Source of the DNA: Deferribacterales bacterium
Lineage (GTDB): Bacteria > Chrysiogenota > Deferribacteres > Deferribacterales > Geovibrionaceae
DNA length: 64,000 nt
Assembly (NCBI GenBank): GCA_050251875.1
Contig: JBFWMA010000003.1
Coordinates: 315,006 to 379,005 of the forward strand
Direction of reading: 5' to 3'
Positions within the stretch are counted from its first letter, which is position 1; each line of letters starts with the position of its first letter. The notes beneath the pieces were generated by a model that saw only the letters and a list, made by a program, of their open reading frames with translations, was not told where the DNA came from and made no database searches. The position numbers and the translations under genes are program-made. This document shows positions 40,266 to 50,000 of this stretch, in pieces.

Positions 40266-40955
40266 TTGGAGCAGAAATCTAAAGAGATACAGCAGATGTT
40301 TGACAATATAGCGGGGCGCTATGACCTTCTGAACAGGTTATTGAGCTTCCGCACGGATGTGCGCTGGAGAAAAAAAGCTATAAAACTGGCGGAGATAAAG
40401 AGCGGACAGACCGTTCTGGATCTTGCCTGCGGCACAGCCGACATGATGATAGAGATGAACCGCAGAGTGGGGGGAATAACCCTTGTCGGCGGCGATTTCA
40501 GCTATAACATGATGAAGATAGGTCAGCAGAAGTTTCCTGAAGGTCTCTTCTGCGTTTCAGACGCCCATAACCTGCCCTATGCCGATAACAGCTTCGACAG
40601 GATGACAATATCGTTCGGATTCCGCAATGTGACGGACAAACCGAAAGGTCTCGCCGAGATGCGCCGTGTGCTTAAACCCGGCGGCAGACTCTGCATACTG
40701 GAATTTTCCCAGCCGGAAGGTCCCATATTCAGCAGACTCTACAGACTCTATTTCACAAAGATACTGCCCTTTATAGGCGGAATTATCTCTGGTGACAGAA
40801 AGGCTTATGAATATCTGCCCGATTCCGTTTATAAATTCCCCAAAAGGGACGTCTACAGAAAAATGATACTGGACGCCGGATTTGCCGATGCTCAGTTCAA
40901 CCCGATGACATTCGGCATATGCGATGCCACCATCTGCATAAAAGGAGACGCCTGA
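40266..40955 (+). CDS. menG: demethylmenaquinone methyltransferase MenG/UbiE
   Basis: MFDNIAGRYDLLNRLLSF, LDLACGTAD, SFGFRNV, RVLKPGG and YEYLPDSV. Confidence 0.92.
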   Translation: MEQKSKEIQQMFDNIAGRYDLLNRLLSFRTDVRWRKKAIKLAEIKSGQTVLDLACGTADMMIEMNRRVGGITLVGGDFSYNMMKIGQQKFPEGLFCVSDAHNLPYADNSFDRMTISFGFRNVTDKPKGLAEMRRVLKPGGRLCILEFSQPEGPIFSRLYRLYFTKILPFIGGIISGDRKAYEYLPDSVYKFPKRDVYRKMILDAGFADAQFNPMTFGICDATICIKGDA

Positions 40956-42001
40956 TAGACTTCGGTGAATATCTGGACTATGCCGCATCGTCCGGCGGGC
41001 TGGATATCATTTCCGAGCTCACAGACGGCACGGACATAGCGAAAAGGGCGGCATATCACAGCAAAAACGGTCTGAATGCCCTCCTGTATACCAGACACCG
41101 GTCGTCTGAAATCCCTCTTCTTCTCAATCTTTACGGTACTATGGACAGGCTGGAAAAGGCATGGGGAATGTCATGTGACGCCATAGCCGAAAAAGCCTAT
41201 AAATCTATTGATCTGAAGCCGGAACTAGAATTCACTGAGCCGGATAAATATGCAAAACTGAGCGGGCTTTCCTGTCTGCCTCTCTATAAATTCTATGAAA
41301 ACGACACCTCAGGCACGCTGTCCATGGCGTGCATAATCTCTGAGAGCGATAATATATATGACTGTGGAATATATAGAATCGAGCCCATTCCTGAAAATGA
41401 GGCTGTGGTTCACTGCCGTGAATCATCGGAGCTTTTCCGGCTGGCGGAATCTTCTGATTCTGTGCCTGTTACTGTGGCCGTGGGGTGCTCGCCTTATCTG
41501 CTTTATACCGCCGCCTGTTCTCTGCCGGATGACGTGGATGAGCTGAGGCTCGCCTCCTGTCTGGGGAGTGTGCGTTGGATGGAGACGGAGCATCATCCCG
41601 TGCCGTCAGACACGCACATCATCATTCAGGGCAGGCTGAACGGCAGAAAGGCGCTGGGCGGACAGTTCTATAACTACAAAAAGAGCTACTGTGAGCGGAA
41701 GATGTTTCCGGTGATGGAGATCGAGTCTGTCAGGATAAAGCCGGATGGTGTGTTCCAGTCCACCGTGATAGGCGACCCGCCCATGGAGAACGCATGGCTG
41801 GGGATAGCCGCCGCCAGACTGCATTTTTACCGGATGAAAGACCGATATCCAGAGATTATGGACATATCGCACCCCGCTGAAGGGGTTTTCGGGTTAAAAT
41901 GTGTTGTAAAATGCCGGGAAATAACACCTGAACTGAGAGATGTCTTCAAAAATGACTGCTTCTACAGCGGATTCAGCGAAATAGAGTTTCAGTCGCTATG
42001 A
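40919..42001 (+). CDS. short, degenerate UbiD-family protein
   Basis: LLNLYGTMDR, GIYRIE, VAVGCSP and STVIGDPPMEN, but no EGPFG[DE] motif. The start is uncertain (see findings). Confidence 0.7.
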   Translation: MRCHHLHKRRRLIDFGEYLDYAASSGGLDIISELTDGTDIAKRAAYHSKNGLNALLYTRHRSSEIPLLLNLYGTMDRLEKAWGMSCDAIAEKAYKSIDLKPELEFTEPDKYAKLSGLSCLPLYKFYENDTSGTLSMACIISESDNIYDCGIYRIEPIPENEAVVHCRESSELFRLAESSDSVPVTVAVGCSPYLLYTAACSLPDDVDELRLASCLGSVRWMETEHHPVPSDTHIIIQGRLNGRKALGGQFYNYKKSYCERKMFPVMEIESVRIKPDGVFQSTVIGDPPMENAWLGIAAARLHFYRMKDRYPEIMDISHPAEGVFGLKCVVKCREITPELRDVFKNDCFYSGFSEIEFQSL

Positions 42002-42790
42002 AAGGAGCAGTTTGTCGTCTGTCAGATTGACCTTGCGGACTTTTTCGAACATATCTAAGAGGTCTCTGACGGAGAGCCCCTGTTTTTCCTCCGCTTTCAG
42101 ATCAACAACTATCTCGCCGCCGTGCATCATTATAATCCGTGTGCCGAAATCAATCGCCTGCTGCATGTTGTGGGTAACCATCATAGCGGTCAGCCCCCGC
42201 TCGGATATGATGCTCTTAGTCAGAGACATCACCAGTTCTGCGGTTTTCGGATCCAGAGCGGCTGTGTGTTCGTCCAGCAGAAGTATTTTCGGGTCTGCCA
42301 TCGCCGCCATCAGCAGGGTCAGGCACTGTCTCTGTCCGCCGGAGAGCAGTCCGGCGTTGGTCTTCAGCCTGTCTTCCAGCCCCAGTCCCAGTCCGGTCAG
42401 CATCTCTCTGAACATGGCTCTTTTCTTTTTTGTCACGCCTCTGCGGAACCAGCGTTTTTCGCCCCTTTTCAGAGCGATAGCCATATTTTCCTCGATGCTC
42501 AGTGATTTCGCCGTTCCGCTAAGTGGATCCTGAAAGACCGAGCCGATGAATTTTGCCCTGACGAAATCGGGCAGTCCTGTCACATCGTTTCCGTTTATGA
42601 CTATCCTTCCGCTGTCGGGTTTAATAATTCCGGAGAGCAGATTCAGCATGGTGGATTTTCCGGCGCCGTTACTGCCTATGACGGTGACAAACTCGCCTTT
42701 ATCGATTTTTATGGAGAGGTCGGCTATGGCGGTGTTTTCGTTCACCGTGCCTGCGTTGAACACTTTTTTGATATTCGTCATCTCTATCAT
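41996..42790 (-). CDS. ABC transporter ATPase
   Basis: GSNGAGKS, LSGGQRQ and LLLDEHTAALDP. Confidence 0.92.
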   Translation of the reverse strand: MIEMTNIKKVFNAGTVNENTAIADLSIKIDKGEFVTVIGSNGAGKSTMLNLLSGIIKPDSGRIVINGNDVTGLPDFVRAKFIGSVFQDPLSGTAKSLSIEENMAIALKRGEKRWFRRGVTKKKRAMFREMLTGLGLGLEDRLKTNAGLLSGGQRQCLTLLMAAMADPKILLLDEHTAALDPKTAELVMSLTKSIISERGLTAMMVTHNMQQAIDFGTRIIMMHGGEIVVDLKAEEKQGLSVRDLLDMFEKVRKVNLTDDKLLLS

Positions 42791-43680
42791 TGTCTCACCT
42801 CGCCTATCTTCTTTCTCAGGCGGGGAAAGCTGAGAGCGAACACGACTATAACCACGGTTATAATGTTAAGATCGCCTGGGGCGAATCTGAAATCTCCTAT
42901 CTGGAAAGACAGAGCATAGGCAACTGCCATGCGGTAGATCATAGAGCCCACAATGACTCCGACAACCGCTTTCAGCACTGTTCTGCTGGAGAGCGCCGCC
43001 TCGCCCACTATGACGGAAGCGAGCCCCGCGACAACTGTCCCAATGCCCATGTTCACATCGGCAAAACCCAGCGACTGAGCCGCCAGAGCGCCGCATATGG
43101 AAACGAGGCAGTTGCTGAACGCCACACCGTAAAGTGTCATTCTGTCGGTGCTGATTCCCTGTGCACGCACCATCTTCATGTTGTCTCCCGCCGCTCTGAG
43201 AGCCAGTCCCAGATCTGTGTGAAAAAACCATATCAGAAGAACAGCCGTGATAACGGCGAAAATTCCGGCGAGGATTATGGAAGCTGTCTGTGGGGCGAAT
43301 CCCAGGTTTTCTATGGGGGTGTAGACCGTGTCGTATCCCAGAAGCGAAATATTGGGCATGCCCATTATACGCAGGATGATGGAATATGACCCTATCATGG
43401 TGAGGATACCTGACAGCAGGTTGAGTATTTTCAGCTTTGTGTTCAGAAGAGCTGTGATGGCTCCGGCTATGGCTCCGGATGCGGCGGCGATCGTCACGGC
43501 GAGGTACGGGTTGTATCCTTTGGTGATGAATACAGCGCACACGGCAGCGCCCAGCGGAAATGTTCCGTCCACGGAGAGGTCAGGAAAATCAAGCGCTCTG
43601 AATGTGAGGAAAACACCGAGAGCCATGAGCGAGAACAGAAGTCCGTGCTCAATGGCTCCCAGAAAAGCGTATAAAGTCAT
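42787..43680 (-). CDS. ABC transporter permease (aromatic-amino-acid type)
   Basis: ALGVFLTFRALDFPDLSVDGTFPLG. Confidence 0.88.
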   Translation of the reverse strand: MTLYAFLGAIEHGLLFSLMALGVFLTFRALDFPDLSVDGTFPLGAAVCAVFITKGYNPYLAVTIAAASGAIAGAITALLNTKLKILNLLSGILTMIGSYSIILRIMGMPNISLLGYDTVYTPIENLGFAPQTASIILAGIFAVITAVLLIWFFHTDLGLALRAAGDNMKMVRAQGISTDRMTLYGVAFSNCLVSICGALAAQSLGFADVNMGIGTVVAGLASVIVGEAALSSRTVLKAVVGVIVGSMIYRMAVAYALSFQIGDFRFAPGDLNIITVVIVVFALSFPRLRKKIGEVRQ

Positions 43681-44642
43681 TATTTTATTATTTCGTCAGC
43701 GGATTTCAGCAGGTTTTCGGGGATGGATATTCCCAGAGCGTCCGCTTTCTTTTTGTTTATAACCAGCACCATCTCTTTCTGAAACTCCACGGGTGTGCTT
43801 GCGGGGTTTGCGCCCTTCAGCACACGGCAGACCATGTTTCCTGTCTGAACACCGTGTTTGTAATAGTCGAAACCTCTGGCGGCGAGAGCGCCTCTTTTCA
43901 CAGAGTCTGTGTCAGACATTACGAGCGGTATTTTGTGAGCGTCAGCCACTTTTATCAGCGCTTCCAGAGCGGAAACGACTGTGTTGTCCGTGGTGATGTA
44001 TATCGCCTGAACCTGACCGACCAGAGAGTTGGCGGCGGTGGCAACGTCCGCGGATGTGGCGATGGCTCTTTCCACCAGCTTCACATTGCGCATTTTAGCG
44101 GCTTTCTGAGCCAGAGCGAGCTGTGAACGGCTGTTCTGCTCTCCGGCGTTGTATATTATTCCGACTGATTTGGGCTTTACGCCCAGATCAAAAATAAGCT
44201 GAAACTGTGTGTCGATGGGGGCGAGGTCGCTGACTCCGGTGATGTTTCCGCCGGGTTTTTCGATGTTTTTAACGAGTTTTGCGCCCACAGGATCGGTTAC
44301 GGCTGAAAATATCACGGGTGTAGACGGGGAAGATTTGGAATAAGCTCCCGCCAGCGCCAGAGCGGTGGGGGTGGCTATGCCGATGACGAGATCTTTTTTC
44401 GCTCCGATGAAGCTAGTCGCTATCTGGTTGGCTGTAACCATGTTTCCGTTGGCGAGCTGAACATCGAACTCGACATCTTTTCCGTTTTTGTATCCGCATT
44501 TTTCAACAGCGTCTATTATGCCTTTCTGCACGGCGTCCAGAGCGGGGTGAGCCACTATCTGGGATATGCCTATCTGTTTCTTTCCGGCGGCGAAAGCCGT
44601 CATGCAGAAGAGGGACATTATTATCACGAGAATTTTCTTCAT
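43680..44642 (-). CDS. ABC substrate-binding protein (Trp/Tyr-type family)
   Basis: IGISQIVAHPALD, IATP, FSAVTDPVGA, NITGVSD and TDNTV. Confidence 0.88.
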   Translation of the reverse strand: MKKILVIIMSLFCMTAFAAGKKQIGISQIVAHPALDAVQKGIIDAVEKCGYKNGKDVEFDVQLANGNMVTANQIATSFIGAKKDLVIGIATPTALALAGAYSKSSPSTPVIFSAVTDPVGAKLVKNIEKPGGNITGVSDLAPIDTQFQLIFDLGVKPKSVGIIYNAGEQNSRSQLALAQKAAKMRNVKLVERAIATSADVATAANSLVGQVQAIYITTDNTVVSALEALIKVADAHKIPLVMSDTDSVKRGALAARGFDYYKHGVQTGNMVCRVLKGANPASTPVEFQKEMVLVINKKKADALGISIPENLLKSADEIIK

Positions 44643-44838
44643 ACATCACCTTCGATAATTTCTTATATGGCGATTTTAAACCGAAACAGCTAAAAAACAA
44701 GAACTAAGTGAAACAAAAGCGTTTTTCATATTTAAAAATAAAAAAAAATATGCAAAACTGGCGGATAGTTCAATAAATCATTATTGTATATGAAGTTAAC
44801 TGATTTGAATATATGTTAAATATACGGAGGTATATCAG

Positions 44839-45831
44839 ATGAAAGCTGTGCTTCTAAAAGAATTCGGACCCGCTGAGAACATGTATGTGGGTGAGGCGGA
44901 AAAGCCTGTTCCCGCTGATGATCAGGTTCTGATCAAAGTCGCCGCTACATCCATCAACAGACCCGATCTGGTTCAGAGAGAGGGCAAATATCCGCCCCCC
45001 GCTGGCGATTCAGAGATTCTGGGGCTTGAGGTGGCTGGTGTCATAGAGGAGCTGGGCTCTAAAGTGACCGGATGGAAGAAAGGCGACAGAGTGATGACTC
45101 TGGTTGGCGGCGGCGGATACGCTGAATACGCTGTGGCATACGCTTGTCACCTGATGCCCATCCCCGAGAGCATGAGCTATGAAGAGGCGGCATGTGTTTG
45201 CGAATCATACATCACGGCTTTTTCAAACGTGTTCATGATAGGCGGACTGGAAGACGGCAACACAGCCATTTTCCACGGCGGCGGCGGCGGCGTGAATACT
45301 GCGGCTATCCAGCTGACAAACGCTCTGACCCCCAATGTGAAATATATAGTGACAGCGGCTCCCTCTAAGATGGAAGAAGTGAAAAAACTGGGCGCCAGCC
45401 TCGTTATAGACTACACAACCACACCCGATTTTTCTGAAGACGTAAAAGCGTTTACTAACAAGAAAGGCGTGGATGTTATCCTCGACCACGTTGGGGCTAA
45501 ATATCTTAAACCGAACATGGACTCTCTGGGATACGCCGGACGTCTGGTTATCATCGGCGTTATCAGCGGCATCAAGGCTGAGCTGAACCTTGCTCTGATG
45601 ATGGTGAAACGTCAGCAGATTATAGGATCAGTTCTTAGAAGCCGTCCCGTGCCTATGAAGGGCGAGATAGTGGCTGAGTTCACCAGAAGAGCTCTGCCGA
45701 AATTCGCCGACAGAAGCATCGTGCCTATCGTATCAGACGTGTTCCCGATCGAGAAGGTTGTGGAAGCGCACAAGATGATGGAAGCCGACAGCCACTTCGG
45801 CAAGATTGTTCTGAAGATTCAGGATCTTTAA
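44839..45831 (+). CDS. NAD(P)H:quinone oxidoreductase, PIG3/zeta-crystallin family
   Basis: NRPDLVQREGKYPPP, LGLEVAG, GGGYAEY, GSVLRSR and HFGKIVL. Confidence 0.9.
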   Translation: MKAVLLKEFGPAENMYVGEAEKPVPADDQVLIKVAATSINRPDLVQREGKYPPPAGDSEILGLEVAGVIEELGSKVTGWKKGDRVMTLVGGGGYAEYAVAYACHLMPIPESMSYEEAACVCESYITAFSNVFMIGGLEDGNTAIFHGGGGGVNTAAIQLTNALTPNVKYIVTAAPSKMEEVKKLGASLVIDYTTTPDFSEDVKAFTNKKGVDVILDHVGAKYLKPNMDSLGYAGRLVIIGVISGIKAELNLALMMVKRQQIIGSVLRSRPVPMKGEIVAEFTRRALPKFADRSIVPIVSDVFPIEKVVEAHKMMEADSHFGKIVLKIQDL

Positions 45832-45839
45832 GATACATT

Positions 45840-45869
45840 AAGGGCGCATCACACGATGCGCCTTTTTTT
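45840..45869 (+). terminator. intrinsic terminator
   Basis: GGCGCATC-acac-GATGCGCC followed by a T-run, just after the quinone oxidoreductase gene. Confidence 0.8.
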
Positions 45870-45906
45870 CTTCATTACGAGCCGATTTAATCGGCGTAGT
45901 AACCTC
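45870..45906 (+). repeat. CGTC-tagged REP-like palindrome, copy A
   Basis: CTTCATTACGAG-CCGATTTAATCGG-CGTAGTAACCTC. Confidence 0.75.
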
Positions 45907-45907
45907 G

Positions 45908-46201
45908 TTAATTTAATGATTTGTATAGGTCAATCCACTCAGGATTCATCGAACTGACCAGTTCTTCTTTGGTTTTTCTGCTTTTATTTTTCAGCTGTTT
46001 TTCACGAATAATAGCCGTTTCAATATCATCAGCGACTTCATAATAAACCAGCTTACTTATATTGTATTTTGCGGTGAAGCCGTCTGCCTGTTTCTCTCTG
46101 TGCTGATATATTCGCTGAACTAGGTTTGATGTTACGCCTATATAAAGAACCGTGTGGGTTTTATTGGTAAGAATATAGACGTAACCTTGCTTCATCTTCA
46201 T
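45908..46201 (-). CDS. small GIY-YIG nuclease family protein
   Basis: GYVYIL...LYIGVTSNLVQRIYQH...KLVYYE...AIIREKQLK...NPEW; more AT-rich than its neighbours. Confidence 0.92.
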   Translation of the reverse strand: MKMKQGYVYILTNKTHTVLYIGVTSNLVQRIYQHREKQADGFTAKYNISKLVYYEVADDIETAIIREKQLKNKSRKTKEELVSSMNPEWIDLYKSLN

Positions 46202-46209
46202 AATTAATA

Positions 46210-46247
46210 GAGATTACTACGCCTTCTGGAGAAGGCTCGTAATGACG
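46210..46247 (-). repeat. CGTC-tagged REP-like palindrome, copy B
   Basis: Reverse complement reads CGTCATTACGAG-CCTTCTCCAGAAGG-CGTAGTAATCTC. Confidence 0.8.
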
Positions 46248-46256
46248 CAAACTTAA

Positions 46257-46291
46257 CGTCATTGCGAGGAACGTAGTGACGTCGCAATCTC
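46257..46291 (+). repeat. CGTC-tagged REP-like palindrome, copy C
   Basis: CGTCATTGCGAG-GAACGTAGTGA-CGTCGCAATCTC. Confidence 0.8.
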
Positions 46292-47084
46292 ATTTCATGT
46301 TCCAGAAGTGATTGACAGGTCCGTGACCTGTGCCGATGCCCATTACGTCAGCGTGCTCGATCGCTCCCTGGATATAGTCTTTGGCAGCTTTGACAGAATC
46401 ATAAACAGAAAAGCCCTTAGCCAGTCCCGCCGCTATGGCGCTAGCCATGGTGCATCCCGTGCCGTGTGTGTTTTTGGTTTTGATTCGTTTTGATGTGAAT
46501 GTATGAAAATCCGTTCCGTCAAAAAGCAGATCGTTCGCCTCATCCCCGCAGAAATGTCCGCCTTTCAGAAGCACATTCTGAACGCCCAGATCGTGCAGTT
46601 CCAGACAGATCTCTTTCATGTCGGCTCCGGTCACAATCTTTTTTCCGGTGATGAACTCCGCTTCCGGAATGTTCGGCGTGATGATAAGCGCCAGAGGAAA
46701 GAGCAGGCGCTTCATGTTGTCCACTGCCTCCTGTTTTAAGAGAGGCGAGCCGCCCTTTGCTATCATAACGGGATCAACGACCAGATTTTTGACATTATAA
46801 TAACCCAGCTTATCAGAAACCAGTGCTACCGTGTCAGGGTTAGACAGCATGCCGGTTTTCACAGCGTCCGGGTACAGATCGGAGAACACGGAGTCTATCT
46901 GCATGGCGATGTATTCAGCCGGGATGTCCACATATCCCTGAACCCCCGTGGTGTTCTGGGCAGTGACAGCGGTTATGACGCTCATGGCGAAGACGCCGTT
47001 GGCGCTCATGGATTTTATATCCGCCTGAATACCCGCTCCGCCGCCTGAGTCAGATCCGGCTATAGTCAGCGCTTTTTTCATCAT
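46290..47084 (-). CDS. thiD: hydroxymethylpyrimidine/phosphomethylpyrimidine kinase
   Basis: LTIAGSDSGGGAGIQADIK, VDPVM, TPNIPEA, KGGH and THGTGC. Confidence 0.95.
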   Translation of the reverse strand: MMKKALTIAGSDSGGGAGIQADIKSMSANGVFAMSVITAVTAQNTTGVQGYVDIPAEYIAMQIDSVFSDLYPDAVKTGMLSNPDTVALVSDKLGYYNVKNLVVDPVMIAKGGSPLLKQEAVDNMKRLLFPLALIITPNIPEAEFITGKKIVTGADMKEICLELHDLGVQNVLLKGGHFCGDEANDLLFDGTDFHTFTSKRIKTKNTHGTGCTMASAIAAGLAKGFSVYDSVKAAKDYIQGAIEHADVMGIGTGHGPVNHFWNMK

Positions 47085-50000
47085 TCCGCTTTCCTCCCGT
47101 AACCGTTTCTGAATCCGTTCTTTTTCCGTTCCTGATGCTCATAGGCTTTGGACTGGATTTCGTATCTGCCTTTGCCTATCAGGTCGTCTATCTCTTTATA
47201 AAACTCAAAGCTGGGTTCTATCCGGAAATCGTCTCCGGCGTTGATATACACAGCGAATGTTTTCGGTCTCTCCAGCAAAAAGCTCACGGGGACATTGCCC
47301 TTGTGTGTGCCGATTATAGTCTTTAGCTTGCTTATTATATCGTGTGTCATGCCCACGCTGGACAGCTTAATGATTACTCTCTCGGTGAGCATAGCCACCG
47401 CTTCCGGCACATCCATTATCTTGTCGGCGAGGATAACTGTCTCCTCGTCCTTGTGGTTCACGTTTCCGGCGACTATGATGATCTTGTCCGCTGTCAGGTG
47501 TTTCAGAGCGTCTTCATACACCTTCGGAAAGACCACAACGTCCAGCTCGCCGTCCATATCCTCTATGGTTACGAAAGCCATCTTGTCGCCTTTCTTCGTA
47601 AAGATGTTCTTTATGTTTTTTATCAGCCCGCCCACCACGAAAGCGCCGTCTGATGTGGGTTCTTTCAGGTCGTTCAGGGGGGAAGCGAATGTTTTCAGTA
47701 TATTGTTGTAAATAGCCAGAGGGTGATTGGATATGTAAAAATCCAGAACCTCTTTCTCCATTTTCAGAAGCTCGTTTTCAGGCATCTCGGTGACATCCGG
47801 GTAATAATGTTCCGGTTCGCCGCCCTCCTCCGGAGTCTCTTCCAGAAAGGATTCCAGAGATATGATGCCCTGCGCCTCCATCTTCTGCTTGCGCTGACCT
47901 TCTTCCAGAGCCGGTTCGAGAACCTGTAACAGCTGACGTCTGTTTCTGCCTGTGCTGTCGAAGGCTCCTGCTTTTATCAGGGATTCAAGCACTTTTTTGT
48001 TGCACAGACGAAGATCGACACGGGCGCAGAAATCGTAGATGCTCTTGAACTCACCGCCTTCCTCGCGCACTTTCAGCGCCAGTTCGATGGCGTTCATGCC
48101 CACGTTCTTTATCGCTCCCAGCCCGAAACGGATGGTTTTGCCGTCTATCACGAAAGAGGCGCCTGATTTGTTGATATCCGGCGCATGCACTTCTATGCCC
48201 ATGCTCTTGCACTCTTCGGTGAATGTAACGATCTTTTCTCCCTTGTCTATTTCACAAGACAGGATCGCCGCCATGTATTCCACAGGGTAGTTCGCCTTAA
48301 GCCAGGCTGTCTGATACGACACCATGGCGTACGCCGCCGAGTGAGATTTGTTGAATCCGTATCCGGCAAACTTAGCCAGCTTATCAAACAGGTCTTCAGC
48401 CATAGCCATGTCGTATCCCAGCTTTTTAGCTCCGGGAATATTCTTGCCGTCACCACGGAGGAAAAACTCTTTCTGCTTCTCCATCTCGGATGCTTTTTTC
48501 TTTCCCATCGCCCGTCTGAGGTTATCGGCGGAGCCGAGAGAATAGCCGCCGATGATCTGGGCTATCTGCATTACCTGTTCCTGATAGATAACCACCCCTC
48601 TGGTCTCTTTCAATATCTCTTCCAGATCGGGGAATATGTAGTCTATCTCCTCTTCGCCCCATTTCCGCTTAACATATGAATCAAGCATCCCCGATTCCAT
48701 GGGTCCCGGACGATAGAGCGCCACAAGGGCTATGATATCTTCGAATTCTTCGGGTTTCAGCTTTTTCAGCAGGTTTTTCATACCCGAGCTCTCCAGCTGG
48801 AAAACGCCTGTGGTGTCTCCGTGGGTGAGCAGCTCATATACTTTCGGGTCGTCCAGAGGTATTTTGGATATGTCCACCTCTTTACCCGTGTTCTGTTTTA
48901 TCTGTCTGAGGGCTTCGTCTATGATGGTGAGGTTGTTCAGACCGAGGAAGTCGAACTTAACCAGCCCCACCGCCTCCATAGTGTCTTTTTCGAACTGGGT
49001 GATGATCTCCCCGTTCTGCCCTTTGCACAGGGGCACATATTCATTAAGCGGCTTATCAGATATGATAACTCCGGCGGCGTGCATGCCTGTGTTGCGCACC
49101 AGACCTTCCAACTTAATAGCGTGGTTCAGAATCTGTTCGCCCTGCGGAACATCCTTAAAATTATCCTGAAGAGTCGGGTCTTTCTCCAGCGCCTTGCGCA
49201 GAGTCATTCCGGGGTCGGACGGCAGAGCCTTAGCCAGCTTGTCCACCACGGGCAGGGGAACTTCGAGAACTCTGCCCACGTCACGGATGGTGCTTCTGCC
49301 CAGCAGTTTGCCGAATGTAATGATCTGGGAAACCCTGTCGTCACCGTATTTCTGGCGGACGTATTTTATCACTTCTTCACGTCCTTTCACGCAGAAATCG
49401 ATATCGAAGTCAGGCATGGAAGCTCTCTCCGGGTTCAGGAAACGCTCGAACAGCAGTTTAAACCTGATGGGGTCTATATCTGTGATTCCAAGTGAATAGG
49501 CAACTAACGATCCCGCTCCCGAACCCCTGCCGGGTCCCACGGGAACGCCTATGGTATGGGCGTGGTTTATGAAATCCCATACGATGAGGAAATATCCGTC
49601 AAAATGTTTGTCTATAATAACGTCCAGCTCTGTTTGAAGACGTTTATGATATTGTTCGTGGAGTTCGGCGGGGATTTTAGCCAGCTTTTTCACCAGACCT
49701 TTTCTGGCGAGATGGGTCAGATAGCTGTCGATGGTGTAGCCTTCCGGCACTTCATATTCCGGCAGGTGCAGGTGTCCGAACTCTATGGACGTGTTGCATC
49801 TCTCGGCTATGGCGAGAGTGTTTGTCAGCGCCTCCGGCACTTCGCCGAAAGCGTCCCACATTTCATCCGGGCTTTTCACCCAGAGCTGGTTGGAGTGTAT
49901 CTCGAATTTATTGTCGCTGTTTATTGTCTGCTGAGTCTGGATGCAGATGAGAACCTGATGCGACAGGTGGTCGCCTTTGTTCAGATAGTGGCAGTCGTTG

